Positions 41,561 through 54,886 of a stretch of DNA of 64,000 nucleotides are shown here, piece by piece. The notes under the pieces were generated by a model. That model was not told the DNA's origin. It did no database searches and saw nothing but the letters and a program-made list of their open reading frames with translations. Numbering within the stretch: the stretch's first letter is position 1; each line of letters opens with the position of its first letter. Source of the stretch: Octopus vulgaris (taxonomy: Eukaryota). The stretch lies in contig OX597817.1 in NCBI GenBank assembly GCA_951406725.2, positions 13,950,001-14,014,000 of the forward strand, in the 5' to 3' direction. The position numbers were made by a program, and so were the translations under genes.

Positions 41561-42087
41561 GTGTCTGTAGTCTGTTTCTCTCACACTCTCTCTCTCTCTC
41601 TGTAGCCTGTTTCTCTCTCTCTCTCCCTCTCTCTCTCTCTCTCCCCCTCTCTCTCTCTCCTTGATGTCCAGTAATGTTTCATGGCTTATAGCCAGTCACT
41701 CTCCTCGCTCATTTTCAAAGTGCTTCTTATCAAAAATGGAAACCATGTTACATCAGACTAAACACATCATCCAAGCTAACACCACCCACTTGACTCTTGA
41801 ATGCCTTTAACAGGTTCCACTCTGTTGCAAACATTCGCAAACCTTCGGCTTGCTCTGTTTTTACGTTTTTCTTACAGATAGTGACTTACAGAGGTTTATA
41901 CTGAGCAATTTCACGGCATCAGCTGCAACCGAGCCCACCACAACCTACAAAGACCATGGACACTGCTTTCACTCAGCGAACTAACTTATATTGAATAAAC
42001 TTCCCTAGGGTTTGTATTAAACGTCAACCTTTTTCCTTAGGAACAAGGTCATGAATTTGTAAGGGTATGATTGATTCACAGTTACGT

Positions 42088-42520
42088 TATTTTCTTTACT
42101 ACCCACAAGGGGCTAAACACAGAGGGGACAAACAAGGACAGACAAAAGAATTAAGTCGATTACATCGACCCCAGTGCGTAACTGGTACTTAATTTATCGG
42201 TATTTCGGCTGCCGTTACGTTGTGAGTTCAAATTCCGCCGAGGTCGACTTTGCCTTTCATCCTTTCGGGGTCGATAAATTAAGTACCAGTTACGCACTGG
42301 GGTCGATGTAATCGACTTAATACCTATGTCTGTCCTTGTTTGTCCCCTCTGTGTTTGGCCCCTTGTGGGTAATAAAGAAATAGGTACTTAATTTATCGAC
42401 CCCGAAAGAATGAAAGGCAAAGTTGACCTCGGCGGAATTTGAACTCATAACGTAACTACAGACGAAATACGGCTACGCATTTCGCCCGGCGTGCTAACGT
42501 TTCTGCCAGCTCGCCGCTTT
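42088..42520. mobile_element. SINE B (minus) containing an antisense nested SINE B insertion (42199-42382)
   Basis: 15-bp TSD ggtacttaatttatc at 42184-42198 and 42383-42397. Confidence 0.9.
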
Positions 42521-43129
42521 TACGTTATTTTATAGGCCACGGACTGATCAAAGATAAAGTCAAACCGAGCTGAAATTGAACTCAATATGCTTCAGTCCAT
42601 CCACTGTGTTTTTATTGAGTTCTCTTATGTAATTGTTTCGCTTTATATTTACATTATATTCTTTCTCTCCTTTTACTTTTTTCCTTTGAAGTCTTTCCTT
42701 AGATTTAAGTCTCCTCCAAAGAAAAAATATTGGTTTAATGTCATCACACGGTATTTTTTCGTTGTTATTGTTATTATAGTATAGGCGGGTGTCGTAGTTG
42801 TTCTTGTCGTGTGCTAACTGTTGTTGTCGACATCGTCAGCGCTGTTATCGTCGTTGTCATCGACTTCGTATCTTTCATTGTTGTTGTTGTTGCTGTTGTT
42901 GAGCTTCGTGATTCGGTATAGTGTCGAGATAACAACTGGCAAATAAGTGATTGATTCTATTCTGACATGACTTCTCAGAATAAAGCATAGCACAAAGAAA
43001 AAAAACATAAGCAACAACAGTAGACAATGTTTTAAGACTCCATTTCCTTACCGTATCTTTTCGTTTTCTCGTCTCTTTTTCACATTTTGTCTTCCGTATT
43101 GAAGATATCTCTCACTAATTCCTCATTTT

Positions 43130-43134
43130 CACCT

Positions 43135-43174
<40 letters not shown>

Positions 43175-43355
43175 CTCTCTTTCTCTCTGTCTCTCTCTGT
43201 CTCTCTTTCTCTTTCTCTCTCTCTTTCTCTCTCTCTCTTTCTCTCTCTCTCTTTCTCTCTCTCTCTCTTTCTCTTTCTCTCTCTCTCTCTTTCTCCCTCT
43301 CTCCCTCTCTCTTTCTCTCTCTCTCCCTCTCTCTCTCTCTCTTTCCGTCTCTCTC

Positions 43356-43388
<33 letters not shown>

Positions 43389-43473
43389 CTTTCTCTCTCT
43401 CTTTCTCTCTCTCTTTTTCTCTCTCTCTCCCTCTCTTTCTCTCTCTTTCCCTCTCTCTCCCCCTTTCTCTCTC
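43130..43473. repeat. (CT)n polypyrimidine tract
   Basis: Directly visible; a similar tract lies at 41385-41660. Confidence 0.95.
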
Positions 43474-43750
43474 ATGATCGCTAGCTCGTATATTATTCAT
43501 CCTGTGGTTGTTGCGTTGTTGCTAATTATTTTTATAGAGATGTTTCTTGTTATTGTTGCTGCGTAAACACCTACACACACACACGCACGCACACGCACCA
43601 CGCACGCACATACACGCAGATGTAGGTATTGTGCGGATGTGATTGTGTGCGTGTGCGTTGTGTTTGTATGTGTGTGCATGTGCGTGTGTATAAAACACGT
43701 GATACAGGCAACTCAGTGCAGCGTGGAAGTATGCTTTAACTTCAAACTGG

Positions 43751-43783
<33 letters not shown>

Positions 43784-43830
43784 ATTTACAGACACTCACA
43801 CACATATATGTATGAATGCATATATATATT

Positions 43831-43912
<82 letters not shown>

Positions 43913-44044
43913 GAGAGAGAGATTCATATATATATATATATATATGTGTGTGTGTATGTATATATATATATATATATGAATATTATAATATATATATATA
44001 CATATTTATGCACATATATATTTGTATATATATACATATATATG

Positions 44045-44075
<31 letters not shown>

Positions 44076-44849
44076 TACATATATGTATGTGTGTGTGTGT
44101 TCGCGTGTATGCATGCTCCATATTATATATAACGTAACATACATACTACTCCATATATATACGCACCCATTATTTCCATACTTTTGAGTAATACAGACAG
44201 GAAAAATACAACTCTGTACATAAATAGGAGTATATAAAGGATTATATCTTAAGGAGTCTGCTTCGCAACTATGCGATTTCACTGAGCAGCGTTTTGGCCA
44301 ATTGTCTTCTATATCTCCCACTCAAAACCTTGCGAGGCAAATGTGGTAGAATAAGATTGTGTGATAGCTCATCAGAAGATTCGTCCCTGTTCATCGATAA
44401 GTGTTTAGCAGAGTACACTTTATTTCAAGCATTCGAGATATATCTCTGGTCACGGTATAAGCCCTCTTTTTTCCAAATCTCGGATGCCTTTGGAAAGGGT
44501 CATAGATGCTCCTCTGTCAGTGTGTGTGTTTATATGGGAGTGTGTGTGTTTATGTATGTATGTATGTGTGTATGTATGTATTTGGTAAATCTTCGATTTA
44601 TCGGACCTTATTCGGAATATTGAAAATAGCCGAAGGCACATTTTTAATGTGAAAAAAATGGTTTACAATAATATTCGCAAAATACTCTGTATAAAAATTA
44701 TTAAATTATATTAATGAATATATATCTTTAATTTTCCTTTTTGACCTTGCAGTCAAAGTGCGTTTTGCTGTGAACTTATTGATATGTGGTGGTGCAATAT
44801 TGCATTATTATTATTGATTATTAAAAAAACAAAAAAGAAAGAAAAATAA

Positions 44850-45480
44850 AGGCGGCGGGCTGGTAGAATCATTTGCACTCCGGGCAAAATGCTTCCTGAC
44901 ATTTCGCATGTCTTTACGTTCTGAGTTCAAATTCCGCCGAGGTCTACTTTGCCTTTTATCCTTTCGGAGTCGATGAATTAAGCACTAGTGAAATACTGGC
45001 CGATGTAATCGACTGGCCCCTCTCCCAAAATTTCAGGCTTTGTGCCTGTAATTGAAAGGATTATCAATCATTCAAAGGCAGAGAGCTGGTAGAATCGTTA
45101 GCACGCCGGACAAGATACTTAGCGGCATTTCGTCCGTATTAACGTTCTGAGTTCAAATTCCGCCGAGGTCAACTTTGCTTTTCATTCTTTCGGGGTGGAT
45201 AAAAAAGAAAGTACCAGTGGAGCACAGGGGTGCATGTAATCAACTTACCCTCTGCCCCAAAACTGTTGGCCTTGTACCAAAATTCGAAACCATTATTAAA
45301 TGTTAAGCGATATTTTATTCGTCTTCACGTTTTGAGTTCAAATGCTGCCGAGGTCGACTTTACCTTTTATTATTTTGGTGTCGATGAAATAAATCGTAGT
45401 TGAACACTGGGGTGATTTAATCGACTTATCGCAGCTACTAAAATTACTGACCTTATGCCAAAATTTGAAACGATTATTAA
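44850..45480 (+). mobile_element. Three diverged SINE B-subfamily copies in tandem
   Basis: Repeated gagttcaaat(t)ccgccgaggtc...gtaatcgact...ccttgtgccaaaa pattern. Confidence 0.8.
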
Positions 45481-46046
45481 TCCTTCAGTTAAATCAGAAA
45501 TCCGTTATATTACGGTTCGTCTACCGGAGGGTTTACTGCATATGTGTGTATTTGGAATAACTGGATAGTGTTGCTGTGGGCAAGCATTAGAAAGAGTCAG
45601 CAGATATTCAGAGCTGAATTATATTCTGGCCCAGTGGAAAAACGCTAATCTTTTAGATGTAAGATTGCTATTTTACGTATGTCAGACTATCAGAAAAGAC
45701 TATCAAAGAGTATCAATGAGTATAAGAGGATTTCAGTTTCGGCCGGACTTTTCAATATCAAGTACACACCACCCGGCGGGTGAGTCAAAGTTTCCGCCTA
45801 TCCAATTTCACTCAAAAGGTTTGGATACTAAGCAATGGTATCTCACCATAATCACAAAGCGAATTTCCTAATCATTCCATCATAACTCCATCCAAAGCTG
45901 AAGTATGACATGAAAGTTGCACGCAACAGTGAAATATTCAAGCACTTACACGTTAATTTAACTTGTAGGTTGTTCAGTTGATCGGGATTTTGTTTTTTGT
46001 ACATTTGAACGTCATGGCCAGAATCAGTTCGCCATGTTAAATCGCT

Positions 46047-46227
46047 AGCTCCTACACGTATTTTTTTCTCTCCGTGTTTCTTTTCTGTGTATCTTTCTGT
46101 TGAAGAGCGTAGGCTCGAAACGTAAAAGACTTGTTTTATTTATATTCCTGAGCGCCATACTAATACAATTGTTTGTTTGTACTCCACCTGCCTTCGTCTT
46201 TTGTTTATTTTCATAAAGCTTCCCGTT
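46047..46227 (+). mobile_element. pLTR-like module with minimal hammerhead motif (46092-46129)
   Basis: Near-identical to 34052-34243. Confidence 0.65.
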
Positions 46228-46252
46228 ATATATATATGTATATATATATGTA

Positions 46253-46429
<177 letters not shown>

Positions 46430-46586
46430 TATGTATGTATGTATGTATGTATGTATGTATCATCTTTTGTCCAACTATTAACAATTTGGTTTCCTGAAGT
46501 CTGCATCGTATCCGAATCCCAGTAGCTTATTGACTTTCTTGCTGGTTTTGTTATCTTTGTTGTTGCTGTTATTAGTAGTAGTAGTT

Positions 46587-46665
<79 letters not shown>

Positions 46666-46956
46666 CTCACATGTGGAGCATATCTGCTCGTATAGAAAAG
46701 ACCTCTGATCCAACGTATTCCAACGATGATCACCACATTTTTTGCAGGCATTTGTAGAACCTAGTTCTACATTATCCAACGTGTACTTCTTTTAAAGATG
46801 TGAGTTAAGGAAAGGATGGCATAGCTGCTATTTCTTTCAGGTCAAATAAACAAATGGAAACTTTCTTGCGGTGATGATGATGATGATGATGATGGCAACG
46901 ATGACAGCGAGTAATGATGTAAGAAGAAGAAGAAGAAGATGATGATGATGATGATT

Positions 46957-47006
<50 letters not shown>

Positions 47007-47228
47007 GATGATGATGATTAAGACTGATAATAATTGGGATAATGGTAGAATATTCATGATGGTACACACGCACGCACACACACGCACACACACACACGCA
47101 CACACACACACACACACACACATATCGAAAACACAGACAGATACATGTCTATGCGTATGTATGTATGTATGTATATGTATGCATATACATATATATGTAT
47201 ATATATATATATACATGCATACTCACAC

Positions 47229-47264
<36 letters not shown>

Positions 47265-47286
47265 TTACACATGCATGTATGTATGC

Positions 47287-47345
<59 letters not shown>

Positions 47346-47369
47346 TGTGTATGTGTGTGTGTGTATGTA

Positions 47370-47433
<64 letters not shown>

Positions 47434-48139
47434 CACATACATATTTTCTATGTTCTCTGATAATGCCATATCCGAGTATCCGATTCATGATAATTATAAA
47501 CGAAAACGAGAAAAAGCAAAATTTAGAAAAAAAAAAAAAGGAAAATGAAAGGAAATATAAAATACACATAAAAAAAATACATAAATAAACACAAATATTA
47601 ACTAGAAGGTATAGTTAAACCAACAGAGGAGACGCAAAGAAAAACAAATGACACAAGTATAAAAAAAATAATCAAAGAAAACCTTCCATAGGTGTAAAAA
47701 CGGTGTTGTTTTTAACAAAGCTCGCAGGTGAATGAGAGGATACTGTGCGCCGTTTGCACGTGTACAGCGTCGCGCGTGCGCTAGTGTGCTCATGTACATG
47801 TAACGGATATACAATGGATAACAAAAGTATATATATATATGTATATATATACGTTTTTGTGTGTGTAGACAAGTGCGCACGCAAGCACATACATATGCAC
47901 GCGCGTACACATACGCACATGCGAACGCAGATAAAATGGCGAATAGACGCAAACCGTTCCTACACAAATATTGAAACACGCCATGCGTGTACACAATAGC
48001 AAAAAGCTCTCACAACCTATGTGTGTGCTCATAGCCGCACATAAACGTGTATATATGCGTGTGTGTGTACGTGTGCGTGTGTGTGTGTGTGTGTGTGTGC
48101 GTGCGTGTGTGCATTCGTGCCTGTGTTGCCCAGTATGTG

Positions 48140-48170
<31 letters not shown>

Positions 48171-48805
48171 GTGTGTCTGCGTATGTGTGTGTGCATGTAT
48201 GTATGTGTCCGTGTGTGTGTGTGTGTGTGTGCATGTGCACCTGTGTCTGTGTGCGCGCCTCTGTGTGTGTACGCCTGTGTGTGCCCTTGAGTTACCTATG
48301 TGAACTTTTCAACCCTTAAAAATGTCTTTCCGTGTGTGCGTATGCGTGTGTGTTTGTGTGTGTGTGTGTGCTTGCATCTGTGTGTGTGTGTGCGCGTGCG
48401 TGTGCGCGCGCGCGTGTATATGTGTGTGTGTGTGTGTATGTATGTGTGTGTGTGTGTGTGTGTGCTGATGATATTCCATCTCCGAACGCATTGTGTTTCT
48501 GACAGTCAGATGACGTGATACCTTCGTCAGCGTACAGGAAAGAGAATCATACATGGCCGTGTTTGTTAATATAGAGAAGCTAGCGTTAGATTCATTTCAA
48601 TATGTCTCGATTATATTTTCAGATATCTCAATGTGTTACACACACACACACACACACACACTCATACGTACATATATGCATGTATGTGTATATATATACA
48701 CACACACATATATGTATCTTCTTCCCTTCTTTCCTGAGCGTCCAATAATACTTTAATTGTTCCACATCCTTGCGTTGTTGTCCTTTTGTTTTCTTGTTTG
48801 GATTA

Positions 48806-48918
<113 letters not shown>

Positions 48919-49164
48919 ATATATCAGAAATAAACTTCATAATCTTACACCTGTTTCTACTATACGACGTAATTCACTCACAATTGAGTGCTTCTTTGGG
49001 TATCTCCCTGCAGCTTCCTTGGAGATTCAAAATGAATTGCAGTTTTATTTGCGAAGGCGTTTTATATTTATATAAATGTTGTCTGTGTGTGTGTGTGTGT
49101 GTATGAAGAAAAGAAGGAAAATGTCTGAATAACTATGAACCTATAATTAGCGATAATTGCATAC

Positions 49165-49352
49165 ATATTTCGCCTGCCGTAACGTTCGGAATTCAAATTC
49201 CGCCGAGGTCGATCATCTTTGCCTTTCATCCTTTCGGGGTCGATTAAATAAGTACCAGTTACGCACTGGGGTCAGTGTAATCGACTTAACCCCTTTGTCT
49301 GTCCTTGTTTGTCTCCTCTATGTTTAGCCTCCTGTGGGCAATAAAGAAATAA
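49165..49352 (+). mobile_element. SINE family B, 5'-truncated
   Basis: Begins at tatttcgcctgccg and ends aaagaaata. Confidence 0.85.
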
Positions 49353-49598
49353 ATATACTTTCAATGTGCATCGTTGCAACTTGAATACACTCGCAAATTT
49401 GTTTGCTGTACCAAACTGTTCGTATTTATATTTTTGATATTTTGGCTGTCCGTAGATCTCTGGTTGCTGTGTAACACTGTATGTTACTAGGCAAGTAAGC
49501 GTTTCTCTCTGCTGTTTAGCTGATGAAGGAATCATGTAATCAGATGATTTCTATTGGTATTTGAATGCGAGATTCGCAATGTGTCCCAAGTGATTTTT

Positions 49599-49643
<45 letters not shown>

Positions 49644-49839
49644 CACATAAATGCCTACACTCACAGAGACATACACACAGACACCGACACAAACAAGGAT
49701 ACATATCTATGCATTTTATACTCATCCAGACTCACGCAAAGATATATGCATTCACTGATAAAATTACAAAACCATCATACCAAACTCCACACTTGACGCC
49801 TATTAACCCACAAATAGAAACAGACGCAAACATATACAA

Positions 49840-49877
<38 letters not shown>

Positions 49878-50085
49878 ATGTACTTACACCCACTTATTCA
49901 CTTCGTACTGAAATTCAGTGGACGGGAAAAATTGATTATGTTGATTCCAGTATTTAGCAGACACTTTATTTACCAATCCCAGACGGAAGAAATCTAAGGA
50001 ATATCCATACGAGATTTGAATTCTTAACGTTAAGAGCCGAAACAAAACCGCGTGGCAATTTGTCTGACACTAATGAGATCGGCAG

Positions 50086-50128
<43 letters not shown>

Positions 50129-50172
50129 GTTAATTGATAAAAGATAGTCAGCCAGTTGAGTATGGCTCCAAA

Positions 50173-50566
50173 TCTTTATATATAAAAGTGAGGTTGCGTG
50201 CTGTCTGTCTCCTACGATTTAGATTCCTAACTACTCCCACATTTTGCGGTGCAGTTTAATCAAAACCAGGTATCTTATAGTCGTGATTCATATCGAGCCC
50301 TTCTGGGTATTAGCGCGCGTCTACGATGAGTCTACGATTTTAAAAAAATTTACCATCAATTTTTCCCATTTTTAATGCATTTTTGGCATATATAAGGGAA
50401 CTAACTCTCTAAAAAATTATTATTAAATCTCAGAACGTAAAAAGCTACAGTAACACCCTCCTTTGTGGTTAGCCATATTGAGATGGCTATTATACTTTAC
50501 ATCTCTAAAAATGCTTATATAGTTATTTCCCTTACAAACCCGAGCAACGCCGGGCGATACTGCTAG
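50173..50566 (+). mobile_element. Non-autonomous Helitron (type 3)
   Basis: A|TC start; different body but the same 3' end ccttacaaacccgagcaacgccgggcgatactgCTAG|T as type 1. Confidence 0.85.
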
Positions 50567-50814
50567 TCATTCATAAAAGTGTTAGATGTCTGTCCATTTA
50601 TTTTTTTTTTTTATCATTCACTCGTCCTATGCTTTTCATAGATCCGACTCTTGTTCCGCTTGTCGAGTTTTCCCATGGTTAAGATAATGGATTACAAGGA
50701 TCACGGCCGATTCGAGTACTAACCCTCTACGCCTTTATTGGCATCTCTCACTCACTGTTTCTGTGTATACACACACACGCGTGTTTCATATGAAATTCCA
50801 TCTACGTCGTATAT

Positions 50815-51045
50815 ATATTTCTTTACTACCCACAAGGGGCTAAACACAGAGAGGACAAACAAGAACAGACAGGATTAAGTCGATTACATCGACCCCAGTG
50901 CGAAACTGGTACTTAATTTATCGACCCCGAAAGGATGAAAGGCAAAGTCGACCTCGGCGGAATTTGAACTCAGAATGTAACGACAGACGAAATACGGCTA
51001 CGCATTTCACCCGGCGTGCTAACGATTCTGCCAGCTCGCCGCCCT
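50815..51045 (-). mobile_element. SINE family B, full length, with flanking duplication
   Basis: Family B reverse complement; tctacgtcgtatata occurs on both sides (about 50802 and 51047). Confidence 0.9.
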
Positions 51046-51395
51046 TTCTACGTCGTATATAGACAACACGGTCCATCACGTATATAAACAATTGACTTTC
51101 ACATTTTGATATTTCTTCGTTTTTTATTATGTAAATCACTCTTTGCTATGAATGTCCTCTACTCTTTTTTGTATATAACTAAGTCTTATATCTCGTTGAG
51201 GACAAGGCTATTGTGATGATGACGCTTCATGAATAGAAACACATGTTCACAGTTTTTGTCTCCATGGGAAAAGATAGACTGCCTATTTCTAATATTATAT
51301 TATTTCAAGATAATTATTGATTTCTTAAGATTATTTATCTTGTACGGTGTCGAGCGCATTGCTGTAGATGTTTATATATTTACTATTGAAGGAAT

Positions 51396-52926
51396 GATAG
51401 TTTCAATCAATCAAGGAAAGATAGTTTCAATCAATCAAGGAAAGATTGTTTCAATCAATCAAGGAAAGATTGTTTCAATCAATCAAGGAAAGATTGTTTC
51501 AATCAATCAAGGAAAGATTGTTTCAATCAATCAAGGAAAGATTGTTTCAATCAATCAAGGAAAGATTGTTTCAATCAATCAAGGAAAGATAGTTTCAATC
51601 AATCAAGGAAAGATAGTTTCAATCAATCAAGGAAAGATAGTTTAAATCAATCAAGGAAATATTGTTTCAATCAATCAAGGAAAGATAGTTTCAATCAATC
51701 AAGGAAAGATAGTTTCAATCAATCATGGAAAGATTGCTTCAATCAATCAAGGAAAGATAGTTTCAATCAATCAAGGAAAGATTGTTTCAATCAATCAAGG
51801 AAAGATTGTTTCAATCAATCAAGGAAAGATTGTTTCAATCAATCAAGGAAAGATTGTTTCAATCAATCAAGGAAAGATTGTTTCAATCAATCAAGGAAAG
51901 ATTGTTTCAATCAATCAAGGAAAGATAGTTTCAATCAATCAAGGAAAGATTGTTTCAATCAATCAAGGAAAGATAGTTTCAATCAATCAAGGAAAGATTG
52001 TTTCAATCAATCAAGGAAAGATAGTTTCAATCAATCATGGAAAGATAGTTTCAATCAATCAAGGAAAGATTGTTTCAATCAATCAAGGAAAGATTGTTTC
52101 AATCAATCAAGGAAAGATTGTTTCAATCAATCAAGGAAAGATTGTTTCAATCAATCAAGGAAAGATTGTTTCAATCAATCAAGGAAAGATTGTTTCAATC
52201 AATCAAGGAAAGATTGTTTCAATCAATCAAGGAAAGATTGTTTCAATCAATCAAGGAAAGATTGTTTCAATCAATCAAGGAAAGATTGTTTCAATCAATC
52301 AAGGAAAGATAGTTTCAATCAATCAAGGATAGATTTTTCAATCAATCAAGGAAAGATAGTTTCAATCAATCAAGGAAAAATTGTTTCAATCAATCAAGGA
52401 AAGATAGTTTCAGTCAATCAAGGAAAGATTGTTTCAATCAATCAAGGAAAGATAGTTTCAATCAATCAAGGAAAGATTGTTTCAATCAATCAAGGAAAGA
52501 TTGTTTCAATCAATCAAGGAAAGATTGTTTCAATCAATCAAGGAAAGATTGTTTCAATCAATCAAGGAAAGATTGTTTCAATCAATCAAGGAAAGATTGT
52601 TTCAATCAATCAAGGAAAGATTGTTTCAATCAATCAAGGAAAGATTGTTTCAATCAATCAAGGAAAGATAGTTTCAATCAATCAAGGAAAGATAGTTTCA
52701 ATCAATCAAGGAAAGATAGTTTCAATCAATCAAGGAAAGATTGTTTCAATCAATCAAGGAAAGATAGTTTCAATCAATCAAGGATAGATTGTTTCAATCA
52801 ATCAAGGAAAGATAGTTTCAATCAATCAAGGAAAGATTGTTTCAATCAATCAAGGAAAGATAGTTTCAATCAATCAAGGAAAGATTGTTTCAATCAATCA
52901 AGGAAAGATAGTTTCAATCAATCAAG
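51396..52926. repeat. 24-bp minisatellite, ~64 copies (gatWgtttcaatcaatcaaggaaa)
   Basis: Directly visible; two main variants (gattg and gatag), few other substitutions, one 1-bp deletion near 52335. Confidence 0.97.
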
Positions 52927-53096
52927 AATCTATTAAGTATGGTATTTAATAAACATTTTTGGGGTCTTTGTTGTCCCATTTCATGTTACTTGCTATTTCT
53001 GAATTATTTCTCTTAGCTCATTTTGGTTTTAATTACGCAAATTATTCTGTTTGCATACGTCTAATTTCTTTATCTGCTGGAGTCAAACTACACCAA

Positions 53097-53141
53097 GTGC
53101 TGATGACGTAGTTTGGGGGGAGGCAGAAACACGTGTTCACA
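53097..53141 (+). ncRNA. Minimal hammerhead-like motif
   Basis: gtg-CTGATGA-(19 nt, poorly paired)-GAAA-cacgtg-TT-cac; related degenerate motif at 51212-51251. Confidence 0.45.
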
Positions 53142-53390
53142 TCTGTCTTCATATCTTCAGGTAATCTGAATTTTTTTTTCTCAATGGCATGTCAATTCTG
53201 AGAAATTCTTAAGTTTTGAGGATATCTTCCCTTCTCATATGGGAAGTGGAAGTAATCTCAACAAAACAATGATTTATTTTATATGGCATTTAGTATACCT
53301 TCATTCATCTTTGTTGCTCAAATTTGTGTCTCTGGCTACTTTGAGTTATTCCGCCTAGCACATTTTCCCTTTATACATATATGTGACTGA

Positions 53391-54886
53391 AAGCCCTTAA
53401 CACGACTATTCAATATGTCATTGGCGACGGGTGTTATACCTGCAGACTGGAGAACAGCGATAATCTGCCCAATTTTCAAGAAAGGGAGCCGCGAAGACCC
53501 GCTTAACTACCGACCGGTTTCCCTTACGTCAATAATCAGCAAGATGTTCGAAACCATCCTTAAGAAAAGTATGATGCTCCACCTCCTAAACATAGCCTCT
53601 ATCTCTGATTCCCAACACGGCTTCGTGCCGAAGAGATCATGCTTGACCAACTTACTAGTAATGGAAGAATTGGTGACGCGCATCCTCGATGATAGTGATG
53701 CTGTTGACATCGTTTTACTGGACTTTGCCAAAGCTTTTGACTCGGTAAACCACCGCCTATTACTTGTCAAGCTTCAAGCATATAGTTTCCATCCGGATAT
53801 TGTACGATGCCTTCCTCTCAGTTGATGAAGGTTGGTGCCTTCCTCTCAGATCGCTCCTTCCAAGTCCAAGTTAATGGTTCGCGGTCCGACGTCTCCAGTG
53901 CGAGCAGTGGCGTGCCTCAAGGTTCAGTGCTTGGGCCCTTGTTGTTCTTAGTCTTCATAAATGACTTGCCCGACGACCTCACGCAACACACCCTTCTATT
54001 TGCCGACGATATCAAACTGGTCGCTCCCCGCGGTAATATAGAGGATCTTCGTCGATGCCTCCACCAAATTTGGAAGTGGTCTAACGATTGGGACCTGTGT
54101 CTGAACGTGTCAAAGTGCTGTCATCTGCCTGTCGGCTCTACTCCTGCAACTCAACTTGATTTCGAGCCGGGTCGTCTGCTGCTGGAGAGGACCGATCAGG
54201 TAAAGGACCTAGGTATCTTGGTGGATTCCTCCTTTTCGCCTTCGGCCCAGTGCGTCCATGTTGCCAACAAAGCACGCGGAATTCTTTTCTTGATTCGACG
54301 GTCATTCGGAATGCTCACAGCAGCCATATTCCTACCACTCTATGTCACGCTGGTGAGACCCATATTGGAGTATGGGATTCAAGCCTCTTCTCCTTATCTC
54401 CTCAAAGACATACAGCATCTCGAAAGAGTCCAGAAGCTGGCTACCCGCATGGTTCATGGTCTCAAAAATTTGTCCTACGAAGAAAGGCTGAGGACGCTCG
54501 ACCTTTATTCTCTTGAAAAACGCCGCCGCCGTGGTGATCTCATTCTCGCCCACAACATCATAAGCGGAAAGTGTAACCTCTCGAAAGAGCTGTTCTTCAC
54601 TCCTGCTCCAGAGCGTCGGCTGCGGGGTCATTCCGAAAAGCTCTACCTGCGACGATTTCATATCAATCGAAGGAGAGGAGCTTTCTCCGTCCAGGTTGCG
54701 GATCCGTGGAACAAGCTGCCAGACGAGATGGTGAAGATGCCGACGACCGCTTTGTTCAAAGCCTCCCTGGACCTCAAGTGGCCTGAACTCTTTACATGAA
54801 CACCACCCTGTACTTAACTCCATGTCCCCCTACATGGCCTTGCTATTTGCTTTTGAGCCAAATTAACTATCTAACTAACTAACTAA
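53391..54886 (+). mobile_element. 5'-truncated CR1/L2-group LINE (reverse transcriptase), one frameshift, (CTAA)n tail
   Basis: ORFs 53415-53825 and 53807-54799 give NYRPVSLTSI, QHGF..RSCLTNL, LDFAKAFDSV, SGVPQGSVLGPLLF, LFADDIK, KDLG, LERVQK.ATRM, RRRRGDLI; short 3' UTR and ctaactaactaacta tail. Confidence 0.92.

Noticed and set aside
49515-49555. Hammerhead at ctgatga-aggaatcat...atgatttc
   Set aside because: Has CTGATGA and a stem-II-like hairpin but no GAAA or stem III; at best a truncated relic.
51396-52926. CRISPR array
   Set aside because: Repeats are contiguous with no unique spacers, there are no cas genes, and the context is eukaryotic.
53507-54823. Antisense ORFs (87 aa, 163 aa) over the LINE
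   Set aside because: Shadow frames of a GC-rich RT coding sequence with no independent motif.
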